Shown: positions 1 to 9,855, counted from the stretch's first letter. The stretch is DNA of 64,000 nucleotides from Chloroflexota bacterium (GCA_019873665.1 JAIOAV010000005.1:1-64000), one strand, 5' to 3'. The notes: generated by a model from the letters alone, not told the origin. Translations and numbers: made by a program.

Positions 1-44
1 CCCTACATTGCCAATCCAAAATAGTACCCAAAACGGCCCTTTTG

Positions 45-1163
45 TCAAATCGCCTTTTCGGGCGGTGAGGTGGCCAATTGCAGAGCGGGGATGACATCCA
101 GATCCCAAGCCGCGCGCTCTCCAGCCTGGTAGCGAAAGTAAGCTGCCGCCGCTACCATCGCGGCGTTGTCGGTGCAAAGGCGCGGCGGCGGGTAGCGCAG
201 CGGCACCGACAGCCGTTCGGCCATGCGCTGGCGCAATCGCTTGTTGGCGGCCACGCCGCCAGCCAGCAGCACCTCCTGCACAGGATAAGCCGCCGCTGCG
301 GCCGCTGTTTTGGCCACCAGCACATCCACCAGAGCCTCTTGGAAACTGGCGGCGAGATCGGCTTCATTGATCTTGCGCATTACACCGGCGGGCACACGAG
401 TTCGCTTGCCGCGGCTTATGGCAGTGGGAGCATCATCACCACCCACCTTTTGCACCAAGCGCAGCACGGCGGTCTTGAGGCCGCTGAAGGAAAAGTCATA
501 GCTATCCCCGAGCCACGCCCGCGGCAAATCATAGGCCGTCGGATCCCCCCGCGACGCGGCTTGCTCAATAGCCGGCCCGCCGGGATAGCCCAGGCCCATC
601 AGCCGCGCCACCTTGTCGAACGCCTCGCCGGCAGCGTCGTCAATAGTGCGCCCCAGCGCCCTGTATTGCATGTGATCCTGCATATAGATCAACTCGGTGT
701 GACCGCCGGAGACGATGAGACAGAGGAGCGGAAAGGCCGGCGCGGGATGCCGCGCGATGAGCGACGCCGGATCGAACACTGCGTCCGGCGGCTCGATAAG
801 CCAGTTGGCATAGATATGCGCCTCCAGGTGATTGACACCGACCATGGGGCGCTGTGCAGCCCACGCCAGCCCCTTGACCACATTGACCCCTACCAGCAGC
901 GAGCCAGCCAGCCCCGGCCCATGCGTTGCCGCCAAAGCGGCGATGTCATCCCAAGACACACCCGCTTTGCGCAACGTCTCTTCCACCACCGGCACGATGG
1001 CCAGGATATGCTGACGCGACGCCATCTCGGGAAAGACGCCACCATATGCGCGGTGGATGTCAATCTGCGAAGCCACCACCTGCGCGCGGATCATGCGCCC
1101 GTCGGCGACCACCGCCGCCGATGTCTCATCGCAGGATGTCTCGACGCCAAGGATGTTGATCAT
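45..1163 (-). CDS. tsaD: tRNA N6-adenosine threonylcarbamoyltransferase TsaD (Kae1/Gcp family)
   Basis: 372-aa ORF with the characteristic N-terminus MINILGVETSCDETSAAVV and HxxH-like metal-binding segments; length typical for TsaD. Confidence 0.88.
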   Translation of the reverse strand: MINILGVETSCDETSAAVVADGRMIRAQVVASQIDIHRAYGGVFPEMASRQHILAIVPVVEETLRKAGVSWDDIAALAATHGPGLAGSLLVGVNVVKGLAWAAQRPMVGVNHLEAHIYANWLIEPPDAVFDPASLIARHPAPAFPLLCLIVSGGHTELIYMQDHMQYRALGRTIDDAAGEAFDKVARLMGLGYPGGPAIEQAASRGDPTAYDLPRAWLGDSYDFSFSGLKTAVLRLVQKVGGDDAPTAISRGKRTRVPAGVMRKINEADLAASFQEALVDVLVAKTAAAAAAYPVQEVLLAGGVAANKRLRQRMAERLSVPLRYPPPRLCTDNAAMVAAAAYFRYQAGERAAWDLDVIPALQLATSPPEKAI

Positions 1164-1168
1164 ATCCG

Positions 1169-3367
1169 CTAGTCAGACAGGTTGATGAAACCAAGCATTG
1201 TGCCGTTCAACAAGAACAGGCGTGGTGTCGCGCCATCCACAGCAATATCACGCAGGTCATCGAACGGCAGCTTGTCCGCCGCAGGGCGAAACTGCCGCGA
1301 GAAATGGCCCGCTTTGTCGAACTCGACGATGCGCTGGTTGCCCGCATCTGCCACATACACCGATCCCTTGCTCATGTCGTCTGGCCTGGAGATGGCAATG
1401 GCCACCGGATTGCTGAGCGGCTGGTCGAGTCCTTCCTGCGGGAAATCCACTTCTTTGCCCTGGAAAAGCTTGACGATTTCACCGTTCTTGAGCAGCACAT
1501 AGATGCTGCCATCGATCGCCAAATCCACGCCATCGCGCAATGTGATGGTTGGGTCAGTCAGCCTGTAATCCTCCGGTGCGTCAGTGTAGCTGCCATCCGC
1601 CGTAGCCTGGAACTTTTTGATGACGTTTTCCGCCGGGTCAAGGACGTATAAATAGAGATTCGGCGCGTCATAGTATGTCTCAACAGCCTGCGGCGCGCGG
1701 AGGGCTGCGCCATTCTCCAACGCCCTAGCCACAAGGCGGAGCGGCTGCCCGCCGCGCTCCAGGATGGTCCCGCCCTGCGCTAGAATCACCAGATTACCGT
1801 CCTCAGGGCGTAGGGCCATCCGCAGGCAGGTGATGTCCAAAGGTGTTCGCTTGTTGCCATCCACTACGGTCGAGGCGTCCAGCAATATCTCCGGGATCTC
1901 GCTCTTGAGGCTCTGACGCGTTTCATCCAACGTGTACTTGGCCACCCGGCCGATGCCCGTATCGAGCACATAGATCTCGCTCTGGCCCATCGCCAGACGG
2001 CTGGGGCGAATCGAGTCGGTGCCGGTGATGCGTGTCAGTTCGCCGACAAAGTTGACACGGGACACCTTGTTCACCTCATCCAGGCGCGCCGCAATCTGCT
2101 GCCGCAGCGCCGATGCTTCCTGGTGCTGTGGCGATTCGGTCAGCAACTGCACAAGCAGCGCGTCTGCCTGATACAAGGCGCTACGCTGTTCAGGCGGCGT
2201 GCCTGCCTGGGCCGCAGCCACGAGCTGCCCGGCGGTGGCCAGTTTGGCGGCGATCTGCGCCTGGCGTTCGCGCTCCAAGCGAGCACTGTTCCAAAAGTAG
2301 ACGATGGCGATCAACGCCGGGATGATGAGCGCGATCAGCCCGATCCGCAACGCAGTGGGTAAGGCACCCTGTCCCGGCGTGGCGCCCCCCTTCGCCGCAG
2401 TCTGGCGCTCTGGCAGCAGACCCTGCCCGATGGCACCAATCCGTTGCAGGAGGCTGCGGGCCGGTGCGGGCGCGGCGCCGGCCGCGCTGCGGCCGGCGGC
2501 ATACTCGGACGCGCGGGGGCGACGAGGGGCCGCAGGCCGATAAATCTCCGCCTCTGCTGCTTCTGCTCTCTCCGCTTGGGCAGTAGCGGCCTGCGCGGCA
2601 CGCGCCGATGCGCGCCCGCGCGTAGCGGCAGTCGCTGCCTGACGCACTCGCGTCGTTCCCGGCTCTATCTCGATGGCAATCGCCGCTAGAGTCGCGCCTT
2701 CGGCCAGCGCCTCCAGTGCGGAAATGGCGCTCTCGCTGTCCGTCTGCACGAGCGCGCCCACGATCTCGGCCTCGTCGGCCAGCCGCACCAGCGAGGTGGA
2801 AGCAAGGACGATGAGATCACTCTTGGCGACTTGGGCATGAAAGAGGTCCGGCTCGATCTCACGTCGCCAACCCACCGCTGTGGCCTGACGCGCATTTATG
2901 GCGTTGGGCGCGCGGCGGCTGAGCCAGGGGGAATCCGCCGGAAAGCGCCGCAACTCGTCGCCATGCGCCAGATAGACCAACGAAGGGCCTGCTTGCGCGA
3001 GAAAGAGGCTGTCGTTATGGAGAACAGCACAACTGATGCCGACAATGCCACGCTCCTCCACCTTGGCCTGTAGGTTCTCCTCGAACAGGGTGCGATTCGC
3101 CTCTTGGATCGCATACCGGAGGCGCGCCGTAATGCTGCCTCGACCCGGCCAGTACGCCTGTTCGATCAAGTCCGCCAGGCGGCGACAGACATCATCAGGA
3201 TCGGGGAAGGATCCCATCGGCTCAAGGAGGAGATAGAGCGCATCTCGGCCTTTGCCGAGCGACAAGAGGGCGCGCGGCTCGACGACACGCAGTTGATCGG
3301 TCCGTTCCTGCCACTCCCCATCCACTACACAGAGCTGTGCGACTGCCGTCTTGAAACGCGGGGCCAT
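1169..3367 (-). CDS. Membrane-anchored PP2C-family Ser/Thr phosphatase with C-terminal extracytoplasmic NHL-repeat beta-propeller
   Basis: N-terminal ~240 aa resemble a PP2C/SpoIIE domain (GIVGISCAVLH...LAQAGPSLVYL), followed by an Ala/Arg-rich linker, one TM helix (LRIGLIALIIPALIAIVYFW) and a C-terminal region with NHL-like repeats (VYVADAGNQRIVEFD). Confidence 0.6.
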   Translation of the reverse strand: MAPRFKTAVAQLCVVDGEWQERTDQLRVVEPRALLSLGKGRDALYLLLEPMGSFPDPDDVCRRLADLIEQAYWPGRGSITARLRYAIQEANRTLFEENLQAKVEERGIVGISCAVLHNDSLFLAQAGPSLVYLAHGDELRRFPADSPWLSRRAPNAINARQATAVGWRREIEPDLFHAQVAKSDLIVLASTSLVRLADEAEIVGALVQTDSESAISALEALAEGATLAAIAIEIEPGTTRVRQAATAATRGRASARAAQAATAQAERAEAAEAEIYRPAAPRRPRASEYAAGRSAAGAAPAPARSLLQRIGAIGQGLLPERQTAAKGGATPGQGALPTALRIGLIALIIPALIAIVYFWNSARLERERQAQIAAKLATAGQLVAAAQAGTPPEQRSALYQADALLVQLLTESPQHQEASALRQQIAARLDEVNKVSRVNFVGELTRITGTDSIRPSRLAMGQSEIYVLDTGIGRVAKYTLDETRQSLKSEIPEILLDASTVVDGNKRTPLDITCLRMALRPEDGNLVILAQGGTILERGGQPLRLVARALENGAALRAPQAVETYYDAPNLYLYVLDPAENVIKKFQATADGSYTDAPEDYRLTDPTITLRDGVDLAIDGSIYVLLKNGEIVKLFQGKEVDFPQEGLDQPLSNPVAIAISRPDDMSKGSVYVADAGNQRIVEFDKAGHFSRQFRPAADKLPFDDLRDIAVDGATPRLFLLNGTMLGFINLSD

Positions 3368-3414
3368 CGCTGTCCTCTCCTTTGTCTGGGCTGGTTACTA
3401 CTGCCCGAGCTTGG

Positions 3415-5004
3415 CTACTCCCACTCGATGGTGGCGGGGGGTTTACTGGTCACGTCATAAACGACACGATTGACGCCTGGCACCTCGTTGACGATGCGGT
3501 TGGCGATCTTGCCGAGCAGCTCATAGGGGAGGCGCGCCCAATCAGCGGTCATGGCGTCCTGGCTGGTAACCGCACGAATGGCCACCACATTGGCATAGGT
3601 GCGCCCGTCCCCCATCACGCCGACGCTGCGCAACGGCGTCAGGATGGCAAAGTACTGCCAGATATCGCGCCCCAGTCCGGCGGTCTCGACCTCGGTAGTT
3701 ACAATGGCATCCGCCAAGCGCAACGTCTCCAGCCGCTCTTGAGTCACCTCACCGATGATGCGGACAGCCAGGCCAGGGCCGGGAAAGGGTTGGCGTTGCA
3801 CGATCGCGTCTGGTAGCCCCAATTCAGCGCCCACCGCGCGCACCTCATCCTTGAAGAGGTCACGCAGTGGCTCTACCAGCGAGAACCTCATATCCGGCGG
3901 AAGCCCGCCGACATTATGATGCGTCTTGATATGCGCCGCGGTCTGAGACTTGCGTGGATCGGCGCTCTCGATCACATCCGGATAGAGCGTGCCCTGCACC
4001 AAAAAGTCCACCCGCCCCAATTGCCGGGCAGTCTCCTCGAAGATGCGGATGAAAGTCGCGCCGATGCGTTTGCGCTTTTCCTCCGGGTCGGTTACGCCCA
4101 CCAGCGAGTGCAAAAAGCGTTCGCGGGCGTTCACCAATATCACCTCAGCGTCCACATAGTCGCGGAAAAAGGACATGTTCCGCTCCGCCTCCCCCAGCCG
4201 GAGCAGGCCGTGGTCCACAAAGACGCAGGTCAACTGGGCGCCAATGGCGCGCGCCGTGAGCGCAGCAGCCACCGACGAATCCACACCGCCGGAAAGGGCG
4301 CAGATGGCTTTCCCATCGCCGACCTGGCGGCGAATCTGGGCAATGCTCTCTGCAATGAAAGAGCCGGCCGTCCAGTCGCCGCGACAGCCACAGATACGGT
4401 AGAGGAAATTGCGCAGGATCTGCATGCCCTGGGGCGTGTGGGCCACCTCGGGGTGGAATTGCAGCGCATAGATGCGGTGTTCCCGGTGAGCCATGGCAGC
4501 GACCGGGGAGTTGGCGCTGGAGGCCAGCACGACAAAGCCAGGGGGCAGCGTCTGGACATGGTCGCCGTGGCTCATCCAGACCGGCTGCGGGGCGTGCAAA
4601 CCGGCGAAAAGTGGGCTATCCCCGGCCATTTCGTCCAGGATGGCAGGCCCGTACTCGCGGCGCGGCGCGGGCTGCACCTGGCCGCCCAGTGTCTGGGCCA
4701 GCGCCTGCATCCCATAGCAAATGCCGAGGATGGGCACGCCCAAGCGGACGACGTATGCAGGCAGATGCGGCGCATCGGGGTCATACACGCTGGCCGGGCC
4801 GCCTGACAGGATGATGCCCACCGGCGCGAATGCCGCCAGCTCCGACTCGGCCACATCGTGCGGAAAGAGACGGCAATAGACATGGCACTCGCGCACCCGC
4901 CGCACGATCAACTGGGTGTATTGCGAGCCGAAATCCAGAACAGCGATCGCCTGGTGGTTTGCAGACATATTGTCAGATGTTTTCGGCGTGGGCTGGCCGC
5001 TCAT
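3415..5004 (-). CDS. guaA: GMP synthase (glutamine-hydrolysing)
   Basis: Class I glutamine amidotransferase N-terminus ([21 protein letters not shown]), ATP-pyrophosphatase SGGVDSSV motif, and the conserved C-terminal tail ending ...PATIEWE; the true start may be the internal Met at ~4968. Confidence 0.9.
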   Translation of the reverse strand: MSGQPTPKTSDNMSANHQAIAVLDFGSQYTQLIVRRVRECHVYCRLFPHDVAESELAAFAPVGIILSGGPASVYDPDAPHLPAYVVRLGVPILGICYGMQALAQTLGGQVQPAPRREYGPAILDEMAGDSPLFAGLHAPQPVWMSHGDHVQTLPPGFVVLASSANSPVAAMAHREHRIYALQFHPEVAHTPQGMQILRNFLYRICGCRGDWTAGSFIAESIAQIRRQVGDGKAICALSGGVDSSVAAALTARAIGAQLTCVFVDHGLLRLGEAERNMSFFRDYVDAEVILVNARERFLHSLVGVTDPEEKRKRIGATFIRIFEETARQLGRVDFLVQGTLYPDVIESADPRKSQTAAHIKTHHNVGGLPPDMRFSLVEPLRDLFKDEVRAVGAELGLPDAIVQRQPFPGPGLAVRIIGEVTQERLETLRLADAIVTTEVETAGLGRDIWQYFAILTPLRSVGVMGDGRTYANVVAIRAVTSQDAMTADWARLPYELLGKIANRIVNEVPGVNRVVYDVTSKPPATIEWE

Positions 5005-5580
5005 CTAGCCATCCTTCATGGTGATCTGCCCATCGTTCATAGCGGTGATAACGACAAGGCTCTCGATGGGTACACCCAGGGGGGTCAGCAACTCCCGTCC
5101 GCCCTCAAACGACTTTTCGATAACCGCACCGATACCCACCAATTTGGCACCGCTCTGCTCCACAACCCGCGCCAGCGCCTGGATCGTCTGGCCACTGGCC
5201 AGAAAGTCGTCCACGATCAAGACACGATCCGTGGGGCCGAGGAACTCAGGCGAGACCAGAAGCTCTACCATCTTGCCTTTGGTATGAGAGGGGGCAGTCT
5301 CGCAATAGACATGAGCGGGCATGGTGATCGGTTTGGCCTTGCGCGCATAGATCACCGGCACACCCAGCGCCAGCGCGGTAGTCAATGCTGGGGCAATGCC
5401 TGAGATCTCGGCAGTGAGCACCTTACTCACGCCCCGGTCGGCAAAGCGCCGTGCCATCTCCTGCCCCACATCCAGCATGAGGGGAGCATCTACCTGGTGG
5501 TTGAGAAAACTGTCAACCTTGAGTATCCCCTTACCCAAGTTGCGCCCTTCGCGGGCAATCCTCTCCTTGAGCGCTTGCAT
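5005..5580 (-). CDS. xpt: Xanthine phosphoribosyltransferase
   Basis: 191-aa ORF with Xpt-like N-terminus (MQALKERIAREGRNLGKGILKVDSFLNHQVD) and PRPP-binding motif (VLIVDDFLASGQT); immediately upstream of guaA, consistent with a purine-salvage operon. Confidence 0.85.
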   Translation of the reverse strand: MQALKERIAREGRNLGKGILKVDSFLNHQVDAPLMLDVGQEMARRFADRGVSKVLTAEISGIAPALTTALALGVPVIYARKAKPITMPAHVYCETAPSHTKGKMVELLVSPEFLGPTDRVLIVDDFLASGQTIQALARVVEQSGAKLVGIGAVIEKSFEGGRELLTPLGVPIESLVVITAMNDGQITMKDG

Positions 5581-5648
5581 CTTCTGCGATCTGCCTCCCT
5601 GCGGTGCACAGTTGCTGCACGCGGCTTACAGAAGCCATGTGTTGACTG

Positions 5649-5677
5649 ATTATACTCTCGAACTGCGCTTTGAGCAA
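5649..5677 (-). promoter_or_regulatory. Sigma70-like promoter for xpt-guaA (TTGCTC-17-TATAAT on minus strand)
   Basis: Reverse complement reads ttgctc aaagcgcagttcgagag tataat, ~70 nt upstream of the xpt ATG, with a GGGAGG ribosome-binding site before the start. Confidence 0.5.
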
Positions 5678-5703
5678 GTGAAAAGACGCTCAGGGTATCA
5701 GCT

Positions 5704-5872
5704 GGTAGTATATCCTTTTCGGTAGAAATTGCGAAGGGCAGTGCAAGCCCGAATCGACCTCTCAGCAGACGCTTTACGTGGCCCCAAAGCATCGAATCGG
5801 AGCCAGAAAAAGGCGTTTGGAGCGATTCTGGAGCCGTTTTGGGCGATGATCGACGTCGAGTCTGGGATTTCC
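5704..5872 (+). repeat. Copy A of a ~170-bp conserved intergenic element (three copies in window)
   Basis: ~85% nucleotide identity to 27497-27670 (+) and ~80% to the reverse complement of 14372-14534. Shared core ...gcaagcc(c/a)gaatcg(a/c)cctct(c/g)agcagac(g/a)ctt(t/c)acgtggccc(c/a)aaagcatcgaatcggagccagaaa(a/c)aggcgtttggagcgattctggagccgttt... followed by a GC hairpin. Substitutions do not preserve any reading frame. Confidence 0.8.
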
Positions 5873-5966
5873 CACTGACATCTACCGCTCTGCGCTTGGA
5901 CTTGCCTTGTATGTCAAGCTATGCTATAATGTGTCAAATGGTGCAATCCGATTCAGGGCATGTACT

Positions 5967-6755
5967 ATGAGACGGACTAGACTGGTCTTCTTTATAATAC
6001 TCGCCATCATGCTGTCCATCCTGCTCTTTAGTCACTGGCAGAGGGTGGCCGAGTTTGCTGTTGCCCCGGCGGCAACGACCGTCTCATCTCCCCTGCCGAC
6101 GCCATCACAGGGGCGCAGTAGCGCGCCACTCCCCAGCATCAAGTCAGCATCGCCAGAGGGGGCGCTTTCCGCTGAGGTGCGGGATGTTCTTCCGTTGCGC
6201 ACCTCAATCGGCGCTGTTTACTTTGTGGGGGAGATCGTCAACACGGGTAGTCACCCGATCGCCAAGCCAGAAACGATCATCTCCTTGCTAGACGCCGAGG
6301 GCAAGCGTCTGGCATTTGAGACCGGGTACACGGTGCAAGACATTGTGATGCCGGGCGAGACGGTGCCGGTGACCGTGATCTTCAGCGACCCCCCGGAGAA
6401 TTGGAGCACTTTTGAGGTGTTCCTGCAGGCCAAGGCCAGCACCGGGCGCGAGTTCATGGCCTATACGGCTTTCACGTCGGAGGATACCACGATCAGCAGG
6501 GATGACAACGGTTACTATGTGCTCAGCGGCACGGTGCAGAACACGGGAGAGTCACGAGCTGAGTTTGTCCAGGCTGTGGTTTCCCTCTATGGCGAGGACG
6601 GCAAGATCGTCGGGGTTGGCAGCGCCTACCTGGAGCAAAGCAAGCTGGATGTAGGCGAGCAATCTGCCTTCAGCCTTCGGGTGACGAACCTCGCCGCGGA
6701 ACCCCTCTTCTATCGCATGCAGTTCGTCGGTCACGCCAAGGCATCTACCCCGTGA
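5967..6755 (+). CDS. Hypothetical secreted/membrane-anchored protein with an internal ~100-aa tandem duplication
   Basis: N-terminal TM/signal segment (MRRTRLVFFIILAIMLSILLF), a Ser/Pro-rich linker, then two related domains (…FVGEIVNTGSHPIAKPE… / …LSGTVQNTGESRAEFVQ…). A gctataat -10 box lies ~45 nt upstream. No recognisable family. Confidence 0.5.
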   Translation: MRRTRLVFFIILAIMLSILLFSHWQRVAEFAVAPAATTVSSPLPTPSQGRSSAPLPSIKSASPEGALSAEVRDVLPLRTSIGAVYFVGEIVNTGSHPIAKPETIISLLDAEGKRLAFETGYTVQDIVMPGETVPVTVIFSDPPENWSTFEVFLQAKASTGREFMAYTAFTSEDTTISRDDNGYYVLSGTVQNTGESRAEFVQAVVSLYGEDGKIVGVGSAYLEQSKLDVGEQSAFSLRVTNLAAEPLFYRMQFVGHAKASTP

Positions 6756-6780
6756 TGGTAACGCTTTCGGGCTTCCCGCG

Positions 6781-7257
6781 ATGATCTTGCCTGGTCATCT
6801 GGCGATGGCGATTTTCACCCACAAAGTGACTGGATCTGATTTGCGCACCCTGTTGGCAGCCACGCTGGCGCCTGATGTGGTGGACAAGAGCCTGGCACAG
6901 GTGGTTCATGTCGCGCCGAGCGGCCGGTACGCAATGCATACCGCGCTGGGCTGGCTGATCTCGTCGCTCATCGTGCTCTGGGTGGCGGGAAGGCAGCGCG
7001 CCAGCGCCTGGGCGTTGGGATATCTGGCACATCTACTGGGGGATGGTATGCAGGTCCCCTTTTGGTTGCCATTTCGCCGTTACGATTTCGGCGAGGTGAT
7101 GGAGCTGGATGATTTCCTGTGCGGCGTCCTATCGTCGGCAGAAGGGCGCAAAGGTCTATTGGGAGAGATGTTGCTTCTGGTGTTGGCACTGCTCATGCCT
7201 GCGATGGCGAGAGCGGAATCCGAGCTGTGCCGTAACGAGGCGAACCGGTCTCTGTAA
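6781..7257 (+). CDS. Small membrane protein, possibly a YdjM/DUF457-like metal-dependent hydrolase
   Basis: 158 aa, hydrophobic with His/Asp-containing motifs (APDVVDK, HLLGDG); the family assignment is tentative. Confidence 0.35.
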   Translation: MILPGHLAMAIFTHKVTGSDLRTLLAATLAPDVVDKSLAQVVHVAPSGRYAMHTALGWLISSLIVLWVAGRQRASAWALGYLAHLLGDGMQVPFWLPFRRYDFGEVMELDDFLCGVLSSAEGRKGLLGEMLLLVLALLMPAMARAESELCRNEANRSL

Positions 7258-7310
7258 TCGAAAGCCTCCTCTGGACATAGCCGCAGGAGGCTTTGATCCT
7301 CGCACCCTGC

Positions 7311-8375
7311 CTATAGGATGCCTACTTTGCTGTGATCCCCCAGCACAAGTTTGATCGCCTTGGGCTTGATTGGCGAACGCTTGACCTCCACTGATCGGCC
7401 GATCAAGCTGTTCTCAATCCGCTGCGGGATGTCGATGATCTGGCAGTTCTCCAGGATGATGCTGTGCTCGACCTCGCTCGCCTCGATGGTAGTATGGTGA
7501 TAGATCGAGGTAAAGGGACCGATGTACGAGTTGACGATGCGGCTTTCGCGCCCGATTGCAGCGGGGCCGCGGATGACGCTATTGATGATCTCTGCACCCT
7601 CCTCGATCCATACCTTGCCGTTCACCTCGGAGGCGCTATCCACAAAACCGGCTATCTGAGGGGTCAACTCCTCTAGCAACAGACGATTCGCCTCCAGAAG
7701 ATCCTCCATCTTGCCGGTATCTATCCACCAACCCTCGTGGACGTACGGATAGACCTTGTAGCCCTTTTCCACAAGATACTGGATGGCGTCGGTGATCTCC
7801 AGCTCGTTCCGCCACGAGGGCTTGATGGCGTTGACAGCCTCAAAGATATGGTGATCGAACATATAGATGCCGACCAGCGCATAGTTGCTCTTGGGGACAC
7901 GCGGCTTTTCCTCCAGCCCCACGATGCGGCCGTCGCGAATCTCGGCGACGCCGAACGCGCGCGGATCCTCCACGTGCTTGAGCACGATCTGCGCATTCCA
8001 GGTGTTCTGCGAGAATTGTTTGACCAGTCTCTCGATGCCTCCCTGGATGACATTGTCGCCCAAGAACATGACGAAGGGCTCCTCTCGCAGGTAGTCCTGC
8101 GCGACCTTGACAGCGTGTGCCAGGCCAAGGGGAGCTTCCTGACGGACGTAGGTGATCTTGACTCCCCAGCGCGATCCATCACCCACAGCCGCCTGGATTT
8201 CGGGCGCTGTATCCCCGACTATGATGCCAACATCAGAGATGCCGGCATCACGCACTGCCTCGATCACGCGAAAGAGGACCGGTTTGTTCGCCACCGGCAC
8301 CAGCTGCTTGACGCTGGTATAAGTGATCGGGCGCAGCCGAGTGCCCTTCCCGCCGCTGAGAATCAATGCTTTCAT
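7311..8375 (-). CDS. Sugar-phosphate nucleotidyltransferase (long-form glucose-1-phosphate thymidylyltransferase-like, with C-terminal left-handed beta-helix)
   Basis: N-terminal MKALILSGGKGTRLRPITYTSVKQLVPVANKP matches the G-x-G-T-R-L NTP-transferase signature; ~355 aa indicates the long form with a C-terminal LbH domain. Confidence 0.8.
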   Translation of the reverse strand: MKALILSGGKGTRLRPITYTSVKQLVPVANKPVLFRVIEAVRDAGISDVGIIVGDTAPEIQAAVGDGSRWGVKITYVRQEAPLGLAHAVKVAQDYLREEPFVMFLGDNVIQGGIERLVKQFSQNTWNAQIVLKHVEDPRAFGVAEIRDGRIVGLEEKPRVPKSNYALVGIYMFDHHIFEAVNAIKPSWRNELEITDAIQYLVEKGYKVYPYVHEGWWIDTGKMEDLLEANRLLLEELTPQIAGFVDSASEVNGKVWIEEGAEIINSVIRGPAAIGRESRIVNSYIGPFTSIYHHTTIEASEVEHSIILENCQIIDIPQRIENSLIGRSVEVKRSPIKPKAIKLVLGDHSKVGIL

Positions 8376-8380
8376 CGGAT

Positions 8381-9064
8381 CTACCCCTCTTCGCTCTCCC
8401 CGTAATAGTAACCCATGCGACGATTCAATTCCGCGTTGTTGAGCACTGCGCCGATGATCGGCGCGCTCACCTTGTCCAGTTGCGCCTTGGCGTTTCGCAG
8501 ATCGTCTCGCTTGGTGTGACCCGCACTCGCGACGAGCAGCACACCATCCACACGCGAGGCGAGGATAGAGGCGTCGGTGACAGCCAAAACCGGCGGCGCG
8601 TCAAAAAGGAGGAGATCCGCCCTAGCGAGCAGCGACTCGATGACACGCGCCATACGCTGCGAGCCCAACAGGTCGGGCGGGCGTGGCGGCAGTGGCCCAC
8701 TGGCCAACAGCCACAGCCCCTTGACGCCTGTCTCTTGCAGGGGCGGGTTGGCTAGCGCCTCATCCTCTACCATCATCGTTACCAAGCCAATTTCGCGGCT
8801 TAGGCCAAAGAGCTTGTGCAGCACAGGACGGCGCAGGTCGCAATCCACCATGATCACCCTCTTTTCCGCCTGCGCCATGGTCACAGCGAGATTGGCCAGC
8901 GTCGTGGATTTGCCCTCTTCCGGGCTGGCCGACGTAACAAGAATAGTACGTAAGGGCCGATCCACGCTGGTGAATTGCAGGTTGGTGCGCAGCGTACGAA
9001 ATGCCTCACTGGCCAAGGAGCGGGGATCGGCGATCGTGATCAGCTCACCCTGTTTCTCAGTCAT
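8381..9064 (-). CDS. BY-kinase / CpsD-CapB-type tyrosine autokinase (exopolysaccharide chain-length regulation)
   Basis: Walker A (SASPEEGKSTTLANLA), Walker A'/B-like (VIMVDCDLRRP, LLLFDAPPVL) and C-terminal tyrosine cluster (GYYYGESEEG); start placed at MTEKQGEL rather than the upstream in-frame extension. Confidence 0.8.
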   Translation of the reverse strand: MTEKQGELITIADPRSLASEAFRTLRTNLQFTSVDRPLRTILVTSASPEEGKSTTLANLAVTMAQAEKRVIMVDCDLRRPVLHKLFGLSREIGLVTMMVEDEALANPPLQETGVKGLWLLASGPLPPRPPDLLGSQRMARVIESLLARADLLLFDAPPVLAVTDASILASRVDGVLLVASAGHTKRDDLRNAKAQLDKVSAPIIGAVLNNAELNRRMGYYYGESEEG

Positions 9065-9101
9065 CGTTTCTCCGTTTCCTCCAAATGCGATGCAGCTTGG
9101 G

Positions 9102-9797
9102 TCAGGCGCGTTTTGCCAGACGCCCGCTGCGCGGCGCAGACTCGGCCACGACGGGGATGGCGCCCAACACCGGAACACCGAGATAACGCTCAACATCCTC
9201 CTCCGAACGCACGATGTCCGCCTCCAACCATTCGAGGGCAAAGATGATGATCATCCCCAACAACGCGCCCAAAACGCCACCCGCCAGCACGTTGAACTTG
9301 GTCTTGGGCTTGAAGAGCGAGCCAGGGCGGGCGTAATCGCGCACACTGATCAGCACACGGTCGCGCTGATCGATTACCTGCATCTGCTCTGTGATGTCAA
9401 TGACAAATACATCAGCAGTTTTGTCCGCGATCATCTTGGCCAAGAGGGGGTCATAGTCGTCCACGCTGATCTGGATCAAAAGATCCGACTCGACCGGGTC
9501 CACTGAGATCTTGCTGCGCATCATGTCGGGGGGCATGTCCAGTTGTAGCTCATTGTCCACCCGTTGCAGGATCTTGTCCGAAGTGATCTGCCCGGCATAG
9601 TTGCGCAATTGGTTCTTGATCATTTGCTGCAATCCCCAGTCGGGCCGCGCCGGGATGGCATTCAGGTAGAGCGTAGATCGGTACACGGGACGCTGTAGCT
9701 TGCTAAAAACATACGCGCTGGCAGCCGTGATCACCGCCAAGAGGATGATGATCCAGCCTCTTCTGAGCAGTATTCTGACGTACTCATGGATTTCCAC
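9102..9797 (-). CDS. Wzz/CpsC-like polysaccharide co-polymerase (chain-length determinant) protein
   Basis: N-terminal TM helix after MEIHEYVRILLRRGWIIILLAVI, periplasmic domain, second TM near the C-terminus (VLAGGVLGALLGMIIIFALEWL); adjacent to the BY-kinase as in CpsC/CpsD pairs. Confidence 0.75.
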   Translation of the reverse strand: MEIHEYVRILLRRGWIIILLAVITAASAYVFSKLQRPVYRSTLYLNAIPARPDWGLQQMIKNQLRNYAGQITSDKILQRVDNELQLDMPPDMMRSKISVDPVESDLLIQISVDDYDPLLAKMIADKTADVFVIDITEQMQVIDQRDRVLISVRDYARPGSLFKPKTKFNVLAGGVLGALLGMIIIFALEWLEADIVRSEEDVERYLGVPVLGAIPVVAESAPRSGRLAKRA

Positions 9798-9855
9798 TAT
9801 TCCCTCCTGCGGTACCTGTCATGGTGTATCATGACAGGCTAGACTAGAGATTCTA

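Noticed and set aside
5581-5700. Possible guanine/purine riboswitch in the xpt 5' leader (a UAUAAU stretch and hairpins upstream of xpt, which is a classic purine-riboswitch-controlled gene)
   Set aside because: The conserved purine-riboswitch loop motifs (L2 GGAUAUGG, L3 CCGUAAAUGUCC, J1/2-J2/3 architecture) are not present. The UAUAAU is better explained as the -10 box of a TTGCTC-17-TATAAT promoter.
5490-5792. Minus-strand ORFs inside the repeat copies (5490-5792 and 27466-27657) that encode similar peptides (…LLRGRFGLALP…STEKDILP…)
   Set aside because: The peptide similarity only reflects the nucleotide identity of the repeat. The inverted third copy does not preserve the frame (an ATG is immediately followed by TGA), and the differences between copies include non-synonymous and frame-disrupting changes. 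The element is non-coding.
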